From the NCBI GenBank assembly GCA_951406725.2, contig OX597817.1, positions 105,586,001 through 105,650,000 of the forward strand: DNA of 64,000 bases. The letters are read 5' to 3'. This DNA comes from Octopus vulgaris (lineage: Eukaryota). Positions 12,591 to 25,568 of this stretch are shown here, in pieces. Made by a program: the position numbers and the translations under genes. The notes under the pieces were generated by a model that had not been told where the DNA came from, ran no database searches, and was given only the letters and a program-made list of their open reading frames with translations. Position 1 is the stretch's first letter, and each line of letters opens with the position of its first letter.

Positions 12591-13027
12591 AATAACAGAA
12601 AATCACACACTTTTTTTTAAATAGAACTAATATAACTTCACAAACAAAAATATAATAAAAAGAACCTGAAAAAAAAACAGGATAAAAGCCCTTGACATAC
12701 TTATACCAAACAAACTTAATTATCAGGTAGTTCATGACTCAGTGGTTGGAGCATTGGGCTCACAACCAGGTTCTGTGTTGTGTTCTTGAGCAAGACACTC
12801 TATTTCAGGGTGCTCCAGTTCACGCAGCTGTAGAAATGAGTTGCGGCATCACTGGTGCCAAGCTGTATTGGCCTTTGCCTTTCCCTACAATGCTTGGAAT
12901 TTTGTGCCCATCCCTTGCTTGTTCGTTACAAACACTCCAACTTAAATTTCAATATGAAAAAATGTGTATTAAGCACTCTCTTTTTTTTTTTTGCATGGAT
13001 AAATATGAAGTTTCAAACGTGTCTTTA

Positions 13028-13248
13028 AGCCTTTAGCAATCAGATTATTTTATCAAATGTAATGTTTATTTATTTACATTGTTTTGAATTAATCATGTTT
13101 TATCTTATAGCTTTGAGATTTCAATGATGTGGTTATTTATTTTTGGAATGACATTGCAGCATAAGTGTGAGAGGCTGGATCTGGTCAGTTTGAACTTAAA
13201 ACCAGGAGAATATTTGGGCCTGATTTGGCTAGTTTAAATACTGAAGGA
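13028..13248. mobile_element. piggyBac-type MITE copy
   Basis: Matches the 7285-7504 family; degenerate TIRs. Confidence 0.7.
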
Positions 13249-13634
13249 ATAAGATGAAGAAAGCAATTTTAGAAATTTTATTCAATATTCCTTTCCTTCA
13301 CTGAACACCTCAATACCTTCGCTCATACTTAAAACAATCTCTAATGTTATGTAATGTAAGAACAGAGTCTCTTTACAATACAAGCATTTTAAAAAAATAT
13401 TTTATTTCTTTTTTAGTTTCATAAGTTATTATTAACTATTAATTTGGTGGGATTCTACAAACATTTAATTAAAGGAAAAGTTTAATAACTGAGTACTTTT
13501 CTTATCAACATTTATTCAGTTTGCTAATTTTCACACATTTTTCATGTTTAAAACAAACAGTTACTGTATCAAAGGTAACTGTTTATTTTTGAGGAGATAG
13601 ATTCAATATTTCATTGCTGACTCACATCTTAAGC

Positions 13635-13779
13635 CAGTCATGGACAAACTGTGGTCTGCAGGTCTTCACGAACAGCATGCCAATGAAAAATTACCTTGAG
13701 TTATTGTAGTCATGTTGCCTGTCTGATGATGAGCCATGTCTCATGCAAGCTGTTTCTTGTAAAATATTGCCCATATCTG
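13635..13779. mobile_element. hAT-type MITE
   Basis: CAG...CTG ends, TIR cagtcatggacaa/ttgcccatatctg, 8-bp TSD tcttaagc/tcttaaga. Confidence 0.65.
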
Positions 13780-14352
13780 TCTTAAGATATTGAGAGTGCT
13801 GCTATTATGACATAATGAGGACTTAAATCAGCATTGTCATATTGCTTTACAGATGCTGAATGCCAACAATATCAAATTCACCAATTTGAAGGGACCTCAG
13901 AAGGTTACAGGCATTACTTCTTCTTTCACTAATTTATTAACAAAGAAAAGACAATAATAAATATTATAATAGAAAGTAGAATGTGCAGAATGCAAACCAC
14001 TAATCATAGTAGGAAAGAAACCCAGTTTGTGGTTGAGTGATAAAATCACCCAAAGATTCCGAGTTCAAGTCTCACTAAAAGCAGCATTTTAAAAACAGCA
14101 GGAGGACATCCAGGTGTCATAACCTAGGTAGATCCAGCTCCCTTAGAGTGTTAGGAACAAACAGGCTGAAACACTTGTTTGTCGAGAGATCTTCCTTTGA
14201 AAATTTCTCCTGCTGTCTGCTCACCCCATAGCAAATTTTCCACTTGCTACAGAATAAATACATTTATCATTTAACTCTTCAAAATCCTTTGATATATCTT
14301 AATTTAAATCATTTACAAAAGCCTCATCTTTTAAAAAAAATTTCTCTTTCAG

Positions 14353-14470
14353 ACATGTTACAACAACCACTCTGAACAAATCAAGAGCCATTATTTTGAT
14401 GAATCTATGTGTGTCAATGTTTATAGCAAATTTGTTGTTTCTGTTGAGCGATCATCTTAAAAGTTATAAG
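14353..14470 (+). CDS. Adhesion GPCR exon (ICL1-TM2)
   Basis: RHVTTTTLNKSRAIILMNLCVSMFIANLLFLLSDHLKSYK (family-B 'NLC' motif); phase 2-0. Confidence 0.95.
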
Positions 14471-14863
14471 GTATATACAGTATTTAATTATAATTACAAT
14501 ATTTAACTCTATTGTTCATTATTTAAATATTTTACAAATTATATTCTCTACTACTCTGCAATAGTTAAATACAATAAGGACTTGTCTCTAATAACTGTAT
14601 ATATTTATAACTGTATATATTGTCATTACAATTCTATCTAAATATTCTCACTAATATCTGTTGATCTTTTTTGTACATAAATACATAACCATTATCGATT
14701 GGTCTGCCTCTCTATCCATCCATACATACATGCCTATGTGTATATATGTATATACATATGTATATGTGTATATAGTATATCTTGTGTGACTGCTACTCTT
14801 AAGTTTAGAGCTCAATTTTTAGAATAATCCAGAGTTTATGTGTAAATCATTTTTATCTTACAG

Positions 14864-15011
14864 ATCACATGCACAGTGACATCCATCCTGTTACATTTCT
14901 TTTATCTCACTGTATTCTTCACTATGTTTGTGGAAGGAATTGATATTTTCGTCACAATTGTTTTCGTCTTTTCAAAGTTAGATGTAAAGAAACTTATTTT
15001 GGTTGCTTGGG
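14864..15011 (+). CDS. Adhesion GPCR exon (TM3-TM4 start)
   Basis: ITCTVTSILLHFFYLTVFFTMFVEGIDIFVTIVFVFSKLDVKKLILVAWG (C...LHFF.L..F..M..EG motif); phase 0-1. Confidence 0.97.
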
Positions 15012-16265
15012 GTAATTTAACATTTTTTTATTACCATTGCTATATCATTGCAATTTTTTATTATCATTAATATATAATTAGGTTTTTTTGAAGTTAGGTT
15101 TGTCTAGAAAGTGATTACAATTTAGGACATCTTGATACCTCAGGTTATAAATTCAAAGTGAATTTAAAAGCTTCTGTATGTTTTTAAATAGCCATTTCGC
15201 AGTGAAAATGTTATATATTTCTTAAAAATAAAAAAAAAGATTCAGGGGAAAAATGTGAACTCTGAAAACTATAAAGCATAAAATGTTTTACTTCTAGCTC
15301 ATCTTTACTCTTTTACTAATTTTTTTTACCTTGGCAAAATGCCAGACATTTATAATGTGAGGAAAATTATTGTCAATGATGTTGAAGCCTTTCTAAAAAG
15401 TGTCAGTTCTGTAGTTAAGTAAAATAACTTCACCTTGGTATAGAATCAGATTATAGTCAGTTTGCCATTATTCAACACACTCCTGGTCAGCAATGATCAA
15501 GTCGGTGTTTCAACCATGGTCATCCCTTTTTTTTTTTATTCAAAAAGTATATCTATTATTGTACATTTTTTAAAAGACAGTAGGGTGTAATTTGAGGGAG
15601 ATTTGGCTGCTTTCCATAACTAATCATCATTTTTACTATATATTATAAATGATAAATTGCTTTACTGACCAAACATCTGGTTAATATTACATGCAGTTTC
15701 AGCATCCTGTCTTCTAAGTTTGATTTTAGAAAGAAATCTGATATAAAAATCTTATTAAAATTTTAATCAGCTAAAAAAAAAACATTTAAATAATCCTGTA
15801 ATTCTATAACATAATTACTAAAAGTACGTTTTTCGAATAGCATATTACCTCATACAACAACTAGCAATATGTTCACACTTAAAGTATCAAATTAAGGAAA
15901 CAAATTCATATTTTTGGACAACCTTTTTATAAAATACAGTATATCATTTTACTCATTTTGATTATCTTAAAAAATAAATATAAGTCATTGGCAGGATATT
16001 TCATTAATAATATGGTTATGAAATGATTTAGAAATTTAAAATGTTGTTACACAGTGTTATTGTAACACTTACAGGTGTTCCAAGGATATTAGCAAACAAC
16101 TAAAATACAGTAGCTACACTTGGAATTAAAAACAGGGTTAATTAGTGCACTTTCATTCAGCAGCAATTTCCTTTCTTGAGATACTGCATTTTCGTAAACA
16201 TCATATCTCTTACAAAACTATTTCCTAATGAAAATAAATTAATCCCTTTGTTATTTTATCTTTAG

Positions 16266-16335
16266 GTTTACCAGCAATAATTGTAGCAATATCAGCAGGT
16301 GTGACTCGGTTACATGGCTATGGAGAAAGTGATCA
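16266..16335 (+). CDS. Adhesion GPCR exon (TM4-ECL2)
   Basis: GLPAIIVAISAGVTRLHGYGESD; phase 1-2; tttag and gtaagt boundaries. Confidence 0.95.
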
Positions 16336-16629
16336 GTAAGTAGAAACCTTCTTTAATATATTTCTGGATTTTATTTCTTGACCATCTTCAATATTTGTCT
16401 TATCAGATGATCCATTACTCCTCCATTTGTATGTCAGCATTGAGTACTTTAATTCATCTTATTTGAAGTAAATGCCATGGAGCAAATATCACATTGTATT
16501 TCTTTAAGGATTTTCCAGAGGGCAAATTGTATTTATCTTTTACTAGTTTCAGTCATTAGACTGTGGTCATGCTGGGGCACCACCTTGATGCATTTTAGTT
16601 GAGTGAATCAACCTCAGTCTTTTTTAAGC

Positions 16630-16920
16630 CTAGTACCAAATAATTTAGAAAAACGAATGGTTTATTTCCCTTGGCTATATATAAGGATCCTTTCCAGGGG
16701 CGAATGGCCTATTTCCCTTGATTTTTAAAATAAACTATATTAGATATATATAAAGATCCCTTCCAGGGGCCCTATTATCGATTTTTTTCAACAATCTGAG
16801 TATGCCATGAGTTCTACTCTCATGTCAAGTTTCATCAAGATTGATAAAACGATGTAGGAGGAGTTAGCTAACAACTCCACAAACACACCCACAGACAGAA
16901 TTCCCCACATATGTAGTAGA
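16630..16920 (+). mobile_element. Non-autonomous Helitron/Helentron-like element
   Basis: aagtttcatcaagatt...acagacaga...tagtagat 3' architecture, resembling HINE/DINE-like elements; short internal duplication (gatcc(c/t)ttccaggggc). Confidence 0.45.
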
Positions 16921-17085
16921 TATAGGTGCAGGTGTGGCTGTGTGGGAAGAAGCTTGCTTCCCAACCACATGGTTCTGGTTTTAGTCCCATTGCATGGCAT
17001 CTTGGACAGATGTGTTCTAGTGAGTCTTTGGACTGACCAAAGCCTTGTGAGTGGATTTGATCGGTGGAAACTGAAAGAAGTATGT

Positions 17086-17132
<47 letters not shown>

Positions 17133-17488
17133 CTTTGCATCTGTTTGTTTCCTTCCACCACCTGACAACCGGAGTTGGTGTGTTTATGTCCCTGTAACTT
17201 ACCAGTTTGGCAAAAAGAGGCTGATAGAATAAGCACCAGGCTTAACAAACAGTAACAGTTCATTGTTAGGACAAAAAGTCGATTCTATAAGGTGGTGCTC
17301 CAGCATGGCTACAGTCTAATGACTGAAATAAATAAAAGGTAAAAGATAAAAAAAATATATCTCAATAAGAGAACTGCATCCATCACACAGGATTGTCCAC
17401 TTCTCTAATATATCAGTTGACTATTATTATCATGTACCTTCAACGCTTACTATATACATTCACTATGTTAATGTGTTTAATATTTCAG

Positions 17489-17555
17489 CTGTTGGTTGTC
17501 AGAGAAAAGTGGTTTAAAATGGGCTTTTATGGGACCAGCATTTTTCATTATTTTT
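17489..17555 (+). CDS. Adhesion GPCR exon (ECL2 CWL-TM5)
   Basis: HCWLSEKSGLKWAFMGPAFFIIF; phase 2-0. Confidence 0.97.
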
Positions 17556-17694
17556 GTAAGTAAGACTTCATCAATTCCTTTATAGATTAATCCTTCCATG
17601 ACCATATAATTAATGAAATACCTTGAATTTTTTTTTTTTAATAATCAAGAATTTGAAGAGATTTAATAAAATAATTAACCCTTTTCATTTTCTC

Positions 17695-17806
<112 letters not shown>

Positions 17807-18489
17807 TTCACACCAATGGATTTACATAAGTTTGAAAATGTCAAATACTTAGCAGGGTTTTGCTTCTAAAGTTGAATAGATCTTTGACAAATGTACAGCA
17901 TTCTAAAGTTTTAATTAGCTGAAAGAAAATAATAAAGTTTGAAATTGGTCACAATCAGAAGATAAATTAATCAGCTTAATGCTGTTAATCTAAAACTATG
18001 AACAGGGCTGACACTAGGAAGTGCAGGGCCAAATTAGAGTATTATTAGTAGGGACCTCTACTCTACAAAAGCTGAAGATTGATGTTTTATGCTTTGTGTA
18101 GTTTGCCAGTCCCAGCCAAAAAGTATTAAGGGCTTGAGACTCCACTATTAGCCACAATGATATACCAAAACTTCATCATAGTGTCTTTGTCTCAGGCGTG
18201 TGTGCAGACTCCAGTTTGAAGAAACCTGTCTAATTAGCTAAAAACCAACCCTGAATATGAGGAAAAATGCTATGTTAATGATCTGAACATGAAAACATTG
18301 AAATATATTTTCTTGACATGTTGCAATTAGGAATAACAGGTGCTGAACTTTTATTCTTTCAACTGATATTTTGATATAGACCAAATGTGTAAACTCTATT
18401 TACATTGTTTGTTAAGAACATTATGGCTTTTCTTATTTCTCTTAATTGAAATTTAATCAATTTTCTTTATTTTTAAAACATTTTTGCAG

Positions 18490-18575
18490 ACCAATTTGGT
18501 AATAACATTAGTTGTTTTGAAAAACATGTTGAGAAATAGTGAGATGATACAAAAACCTATAATGGAAAGGGCCAG
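18490..18575 (+). CDS. Adhesion GPCR exon (TM5-ICL3)
   Basis: TNLVITLVVLKNMLRNSEMIQKPIMERA; tttgcag and gtaaga boundaries; phase 0-2. Confidence 0.93.
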
Positions 18576-19481
18576 GTAAGATATAATCTGTGTCTTTCTA
18601 AGTGGAATTTCAATGAAATCTGGGGAAATTTAAGATTAAAAAAACCCAGCATCGGTTGTCATGTGATGGCAAGGGAACAAATGCAGACACAAATATATAT
18701 ATGCAAATATATACACATATATATATATGACATGCTTCTTTCAGTTTCTGTCTACCAAATCCACTCACAAGGCTTTGGTTGGCCCAAGGCTATAGTAGAA
18801 AACGCTTGCCCAAGGTGCCATGCTGTGGAACTGAACCCAGAGCCATATTGTTGAGAAGTAAGCTTCTTACCACACAGCCACACCTGTGCCTAGATAATGT
18901 TTATTAATTTTATATCATTAATGTATTTTTTTAATAATAAAAACAAATATGGAAAATATTTGCAGCCCTATATCATGTATTCTACTTACTTCTAATTTTT
19001 GTCTTGAATTTGGATTGAAAGAAAGAAAAAAAAAAGAGTAGGTAGGGGGCATTACAGAAAGAGTTTTATGGTATTTACTTTGAACAATTGATTAATATTG
19101 GTTTCAAATTTTGGCACAAGGCCAGCAAGTTCAGGGAAGTGGGTAAACCATTTACATTGATCCCAGTGCTCGGCTGGCACTTATTTTATCAACCCTGAAA
19201 GGAGGAAAGGGAAATTTGACCTTGGTGGAATTTAAACTCAGAACATAAAAAGCAGATGAAATGCCACTAAACATTTTGTCAGGCATGCTAATGACTCTGC
19301 CAGCTCACCATCTTAAAGAATAGTTTAATATAATACACACAGTTTATTGCAAAATGTGAGTTTTAAGAGACTGAATTTTTCTAGAATTATTTAATTTAAT
19401 TAAAAGTTGCTTTCTGTTCCATTAAAAAATACATGAAAAACTAATTTATATTTATTTTAAAATTGTCTAATCTCACTTCAG

Positions 19482-19605
19482 AGCTGGCATGTGGGGTTTG
19501 GTATTATTCTCACCAATTCTTGGCTTTACGTGGTGCTTTGGTATTTTTCTTTTTCATAAAAGTGTGATTATACAGTATGCGTTTGTTGCCTGTCATTCAC
19601 TTCAG
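19482..19605 (+). CDS. Adhesion GPCR exon (TM6-TM7)
   Basis: RAGMWGLVLFSPILGFTWCFGIFLFHKSVIIQYAFVACHSLQ (P.LG.TW.FG and SLQ motifs); phase 2-0. Confidence 0.97.
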
Positions 19606-20792
19606 GTAAGATATCTCCAAAATTTTTTGTGTTTACTTGACTTAATCAATCACTCAATCAATCATCATCATCATGAACAACTACCACCACCATGATGGTG
19701 ACGCTAGCACACACACACACACACACACACAATAATAATAATGATAATAATAATAATTTCTTAAGTAACGAGAAGATGAATTTGGTATTAATCTTTATTT
19801 TTTATAACGGTTGTTTCGACCCATCCTGCTATTGTCCCTTATGGGTGGGACTCCTTTTCACCATGTTGTGTTGCATCAATTTTGCAGTGTGGGTCTCATC
19901 AAGTACATAAAGGTTTGTGTCTCACTAAAGATCCTGAGTTTTGGCTGTCGTGTTGTTCTATGCCCATCTGGTTAGGGAATGAAGCAACACTACAATATTC
20001 TGTTACTATTATCTTTTTCAATAAGAATTGCAAACACTTGTAAATATAAACAGATAATTGTTGATGAAAAAATGGAAACATACCCCAACTGTGGATGACA
20101 CCAGGTAGCCCAAATTGTGCCAGTGCTCTACTCAACACTTCAATACACTAATTTACATATACCTATTAGTCCAAAAATATTATATATATATATATATACA
20201 GCAAACTTCTTTCCATTTCCATCTATTAAATCCACCAATAAGGCTTTGGTTGGCTCCAAGCTATAGTACAAGAGGATGCAGAAAATTTCCTGGATTTAAG
20301 GGTATTGTGAAAGGCTCAACGTTCCAAATTCTTTAATAGGGCTTAGAACAACTGAAGGACCACTACAATAAGTGTATGAATCTGAAAGGGGAATGTGTTG
20401 AGTAAAATTATAATTAACTGATCCTCCTGTATTTTCTTCTACACAAAGCCAGAAACTTTTCAACACCCCCTCATAGAAAACATTTGCCCAAGGTGCAGTG
20501 CAATGGTACTGAACCCAAAACTATGTAGTCAAGAATCAAACTACTTGACAACACAACCATACTAGTACCTTAAATATCATCATCATCATCAAAGTTTTGA
20601 CTGGAACTAGTAAGCCAGGGAGCTGTACCAGGTTCCAGTCTGATTTGGCATGATTTCTATGGGTGGATGCCCTTCCTAACACCAGAATATATTTAACCAT
20701 TTTATCATATTGCCATTTTTTTCTCACTTTATCTAGAATATTGTATGAATTTCAATATTTTTTTCTCTAAAGTTTTTATTCTAATATTTCAG

Positions 20793-20834
20793 GGTCCCCT
20801 CATCTTCCTGCTTCATTGCCTATTTAGTAAGCAG
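20793..20834 (+). CDS. Adhesion GPCR exon (TM7 end)
   Basis: GPLIFLLHCLFSKQ; tttcag and gtgagt boundaries; phase 0-0. Confidence 0.95.
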
Positions 20835-21320
20835 GTGAGTACCAGAACCTTTGTAAGCAACATCCGAATAAGATATTTCAGTGTTTATAGAGGAATATAA
20901 TATCATTTTAAAATAAATTTCTTTTCTTTATTGTTTCTTCTATTTTTAATTAATTTTTTATGTTACCATTAGTTGAAGAATTCAGTAGTTTTAAACATTT
21001 GTTTATTACGTTTAGAGCTGGTTTCACAGTAGAATGCTCTTCCTGTCATCAACTACTCTACCGCAAATTTAAAATGGTGGCATCTAGTTACATTCTCTAC
21101 ATCAGCTGTGAACAAACTGTAGCCTACTGGGCTTTCTGAATGGTATACCTAATGAAAAATTACCTTGAAATTTTTTAGTAGTGCAGTCCACCTGAATCCA
21201 CTTCTCAAAACAAATTGCATTTATCTTCTCTCCATCATATTCTTCTTAATTCTATAATTGTGCTATGTATGTATGGTAATAAGTAATTTTGTCTACAACA
21301 TTTTTTAATATTTTGGTTAG

Positions 21321-21410
21321 ATCAAAGATGGTTTCATGCAGTACATGAAAAGGATCAAAAACAGATCCAAAAGCAAATCAAATATGACAAATTCTGTTTG
21401 TAAGAGTGTG
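21321..21410 (+). CDS. Adhesion GPCR exon (helix 8, C-tail)
   Basis: IKDGFMQYMKRIKNRSKSKSNMTNSVCKSV; ttag and gtaagt boundaries; phase 0-0. Confidence 0.88.
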
Positions 21411-21563
21411 GTAAGTACAGCTACTGTCTTCTGTTGGCTTATTTTCTCAACAAATAATTACAATTATCTATTAGCTCCAAATTTTGGCACAAGGCCAGTA
21501 ATTTCAGGGGAGTGGGTAAGTTGATTACATTAATCCCAGTGTTCAACTGATAGTTATTTTATT

Positions 21564-21597
21564 GAGTTTGATTCCAAGCAGTCATCTGAACACTAAC

Positions 21598-21634
<37 letters not shown>

Positions 21635-21785
21635 GCAACATCGAAAAATATCTTAGGAATGAGAACCCAGGTTCAAAATTTCCCCAAGGCACCTGAAGAA
21701 AGCTGGATCGTATATCAACCGAAACGTTGTGTTAACAATAAACAAGATGAGGACAAATATCCATCAAATGTAAATAATGTAAAAT
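21564..21785 (+). mobile_element. Penelope-associated terminal fragment with tRNA 3' half, (AAT)n and a degenerate hammerhead (21688-21733)
   Basis: Reverse-complement match to 51246-51420; ggcac-CTGAAGA-aagctg..caacc-GAAA-CGTT-gtgtt. Confidence 0.65.
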
Positions 21786-21814
21786 AAATACCAGTCAAGA
21801 ACTGATGTCAATAT

Positions 21815-21890
21815 ATTTTGGCAGAAGGCCAGCAGTTTTGAGGGGAGGAATAAATTCCTCCCTTCAAAACTGCTGGCCTTCTGCCAAAAT
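21815..21890. repeat. Near-perfect 37-bp fold-back palindrome derived from a SINE tail
   Basis: attttggcagaaggccagcagttttgaggggaggaat-aa-attcctcccttcaaaactgctggccttctgccaaaat; a single G-U pair. Confidence 0.95.
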
Positions 21891-22825
21891 TTGAAACAAT
21901 AACATATATATCAGTCAGCCATTTGTGTCTGATGAGTCACGTATACAGCTAAGCACGTTATAGGTGCAAATTCACATATGTAAGAATCTAGCTTGACCCT
22001 GCCTGAGATTTGAAACCAAATTCACTGGCTTGCTGCTTGTCAAAACGAGTGAGCAGGAAATTCTCTCCACACCAGATGATTGATGAGGAAACACTCCACC
22101 CCTTAGGACCTGTGCTGGTCAAGGAAAGGTCAGTCCTTTGATTAAGGTTTGACCTACATTACTGACCATAGTCTATATAACAGAAAGAATTTTCTATCTC
22201 TTCCTCTTTTGTGTCAGCTAGACTAAGGAGCAACACTCTCTTTTACATCAGTCTTAACCAAGAGCACCACTTCCCTTTGCCTTGTCCCTTTCCCTGGACA
22301 TGTGAAGAGAGGTTTTTGGCTGCAAGAAAGGCAATGCCACCTTTACCCTTCCTTCCTTTCTAGTCAGCACCATGCATTCCTTACCCTTTCACTCTACTGA
22401 CAGACAACCTTTTTCTACACTACCAACTACTAACCAGCAAGCTAACCTTGTTACTTTCACTAGAATTGCTACTGTCTCTTTAACTACCTGTCGGGCAATG
22501 AATAAGTATATGTAAATAACATTTCTTCCTTCTTGGTGTTAATTCTTCGATGATTACCGGTACTCCAACGTGAGAACCTTCAAGCATTACATCTATCCGC
22601 TACATCATATTGAATTGACATAGCACAACACATCTAGCCTGCTACATATATAACAACTATTTATGGCATATAACCTGGCACTAGCACTCTGTCCATTACG
22701 ATGATGAGGGTCCCAATTGATCTGATCAATGGAAAAGCCTGCTTGTAAAATTAATGTGTATGTAGCTGAGCACTTCACAAACATGTGTATCCGTAACGTA
22801 GTTCTCCGGGAGATTCAGTGAAACA

Positions 22826-23060
22826 AGGCAGCGAGCTGGCTGAAACATTAGCATGCCGGGTGAAATGCTTAGCGGTATTTCGTCTGCTGCTATGTTCTGA
22901 GTTCAAATTCCGCCGAGGTCGACTTTGCCTTTCATCCTTTCAGGGTCGATAAATTAAGTACCAGTTACGCACTGGGGTCAATGTAATTAACTTAATCCCT
23001 TTGTCTGTCCTTGTTTGTCCCCTCTGTGTTTAGCCCCTTGTGGGCAATAAATAAATAAGG
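22826..23060 (+). mobile_element. Young tRNA-derived SINE with Nin-domain-like core, nested in an older SINE
   Basis: gagttcaaattccgccgaggtcgactttgcctttcatcctttcagggtcgataaattaagtaccag, CpGs retained; flanked by the two halves of a minus-strand SINE (22690-23220). Confidence 0.75.
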
Positions 23061-23332
23061 TTGGCCCTTTGAAATACAAGTGCTATTCATGCCAACTGAG
23101 TAGCACTTGGAGCAACATGAAATAAAGTGTCCTGCTCAAGGACACACTGCATCACTGGGGAACGAACTCATGACCTTGCAATTGTGAGCCGAATACCTTA
23201 ACCACTAAGCCACATGCCTTCATGGAGTATAACCTATCAAGCTAGCATTAAGTGATTGACCAATTTTATTGTAGCGATAAAAAAAAAAAAATCAAAAAGG
23301 GCAGAAAAATTAAATTCATGTACCTAATTTAA

Positions 23333-23552
23333 CCCTTTAGTGTTTAAACCGGCCATATCTGGCCCAGATATTCTACATGTTTTACATTCAAACTGGCAAT
23401 ATCTAGCCTCTCACACCTAACCTACATTGATATTCTAAAAACAAACAATCACATCATTGAAACCTCAAAGCTATAAGATAATGTATGATTAATTCAAAAC
23501 AATTTGAGTGAAAAATTATTACATTTAACAGAGTAATCTGAACACTAAAGGG
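23333..23552. mobile_element. piggyBac-type MITE, perfect TIRs and TTAA TSD
   Basis: TTAA-ccctttagtgtt ... aacactaaaggg-TTAA, 220 bp. Confidence 0.88.
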
Positions 23553-23840
23553 TTAAAAGGTTGGGTGCCAAGCAACCCAGACATCTGGCAAGGAATAACT
23601 ACATAGTCCAAGTTCCATCTGTGGCAAATTGGTCTTTATCACATCTAACATAATTTTAAATTAAAAATCTTTAGCAGTTAATTTATTTATAATATTTACT
23701 GTAAATATCATAATTAAAATACTCTCTACAATTAGGTAGTCTACCGATGTTTTATTAAGAAGACAAAAAAAGTTTTGTATTTTTTGTGATAGTAAGTGCA
23801 AAGTTTTGCTTTAGAAAGAAATTTTGTTTCTATATTTCAG

Positions 23841-23883
23841 GCATTTGATAAGACACAAACTCCAACTTTGACCATTAATCGAA
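23841..23883 (+). CDS. Adhesion GPCR exon (C-tail)
   Basis: tttcag acceptor, AFDKTQTPTLTINR, gtaagt donor; phase 0-1. Confidence 0.75.
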
Positions 23884-24549
23884 GTAAGTATTATTTTTTC
23901 TGTTTTCATTGCTCATGAAATTAAATCTAATTGAGAAAAATATGTTAAATCAGTTTAATATCTTTAATGCTGTCAACATCATCATCATCATTTAATGTCC
24001 ATTTTCCATGCTTACATGGATTGGATGGAGTTCATTTGAGGCAGATTTCCTATGGTCAGATGCCCTTCCTGTTTCATTAAAAAGATAATGTTTCTCCATA
24101 CCCTGACATGTCTTTGCAGAATATTGGGAATGAATGACTTTGCTTGTCTGACAGTGACACTCATTTACATCTATCACTTAATGTCAAGACAATGGAAACA
24201 CAAGCATACATACACACACACTCACCCTTTTTTTAGTTTCCATTTGTCAAAGGTTTTGATTGGTCCGGGGATTAAGTGGTAGGCACATGGAATGTAGTCC
24301 CACTGTGTGGCATCTTGGGCATCCATCTTCTACTATAGCTCAGAGCTGACCAAAACCTTGTGAGTAGCTCATTGTGTGTGTGTGTGTATTTGGTTAATGA
24401 GAGAGATGGAAGGTGGAAAATACGAGAATATTTATTAATCACAACAATTGTTTCGACCCATCTAGCATCAGTCTCGTACTGGTGGGATACTTAACAACTG
24501 GTTCAGGAGCATCCATACGTTTTATTATCTAATATCTAATATATACATA

Positions 24550-25285
24550 CCGTATATACCCGTGTAAAAGTAAAATTTTTTAGACAATTTTTTTAGGTCA
24601 AATTTAGGCTTACCGAAGTCATGTCTCTGTACAAATTCATACAGTGGTGTTTGCTGTTGTTCGCTGAAAGTGCCGTCTGAGAAACACGATTCTCACCATG
24701 TAAACGAATGAGCATATGATGCATGTGTTTATTGTATTTGGAAATGAGGAGAATATAAAGGTCGCATGGGAACCACTGATTTAGAATTGATTGAATGTTT
24801 TTAGGCTTACCAAAGTCATGCCTTTGTACGAATTCAGACAGTAGTGTTTGCCAGTGTTCGCCAATAGAGTTGTTTGTGAAACATGTTTCTTGCCATGCAA
24901 ACAACAAGTGTATGACACATATATTTATTGTGCTTGAACCTGTATGCAGGCTTGCAGCATATCCTGTGCATACATTTTAGTAATGGTGATGTAGCACTTA
25001 TCAACAGATGTGTGGTGTTTTACTATAAGCACTGAGCATTTCATTATAAGCACCAAGCATTCCACCTATAGAGTAGGCTACAGTAAGGTAGTCACAATTT
25101 TGTAACTGTTATTTCTACATACAGGGGAATATGGTACCTTGACGCACATATGTTGACTTGTTGTTCATGAAATACTATGGTTGACTGTTATATGGGGTTT
25201 ATGGAAAATTCCCAATATTTTGGCTAAAAATAGGGGGTGGGGGTCAGCTTTTACATGGGATCAACTATTACTTGACTATATAAGA
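24550..25285. mobile_element. pogo/Tigger-like non-autonomous DNA transposon, degenerate
   Basis: TA-ccgtatatacccgtgtaaaag left end; degenerate right end; internal duplication of tttaggcttacc(g/a)aagtcatg. Confidence 0.45.
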
Positions 25286-25568
25286 TATATAGTCAAATGA
25301 AATAAATGAACAATAAGATCAACAATAACAAATGAGGATGTGCACAAAGAATGTATTAGTTTGAGGCTCAGTAAAAAGAGAGAGTTCTTGATGCTTTGAG
25401 TATAGCTCTTCGTTGGAAAGGAGAAAGGGAAAAGTCCAAAGAAGGCAAAGAAATCACCAACAGCACGTGTATAGGTACATTGCTGAAGTGTGTATATATA
25501 TATATCATCATCATCATCATCGTTTAACGTCCGTTTTCCGCGCTATATATATATATATATATATATAT

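Noticed and set aside
14030-14080. tRNA-like sequence with a B box (gagttcaagtc)
   Set aside because: No complete cloverleaf; a decayed SINE head. No true tRNA gene was found in the window.
21920-21972. CTGATGA with flanking weak inverted repeat (possible hammerhead)
   Set aside because: No GAAA box and no pairing stem II.
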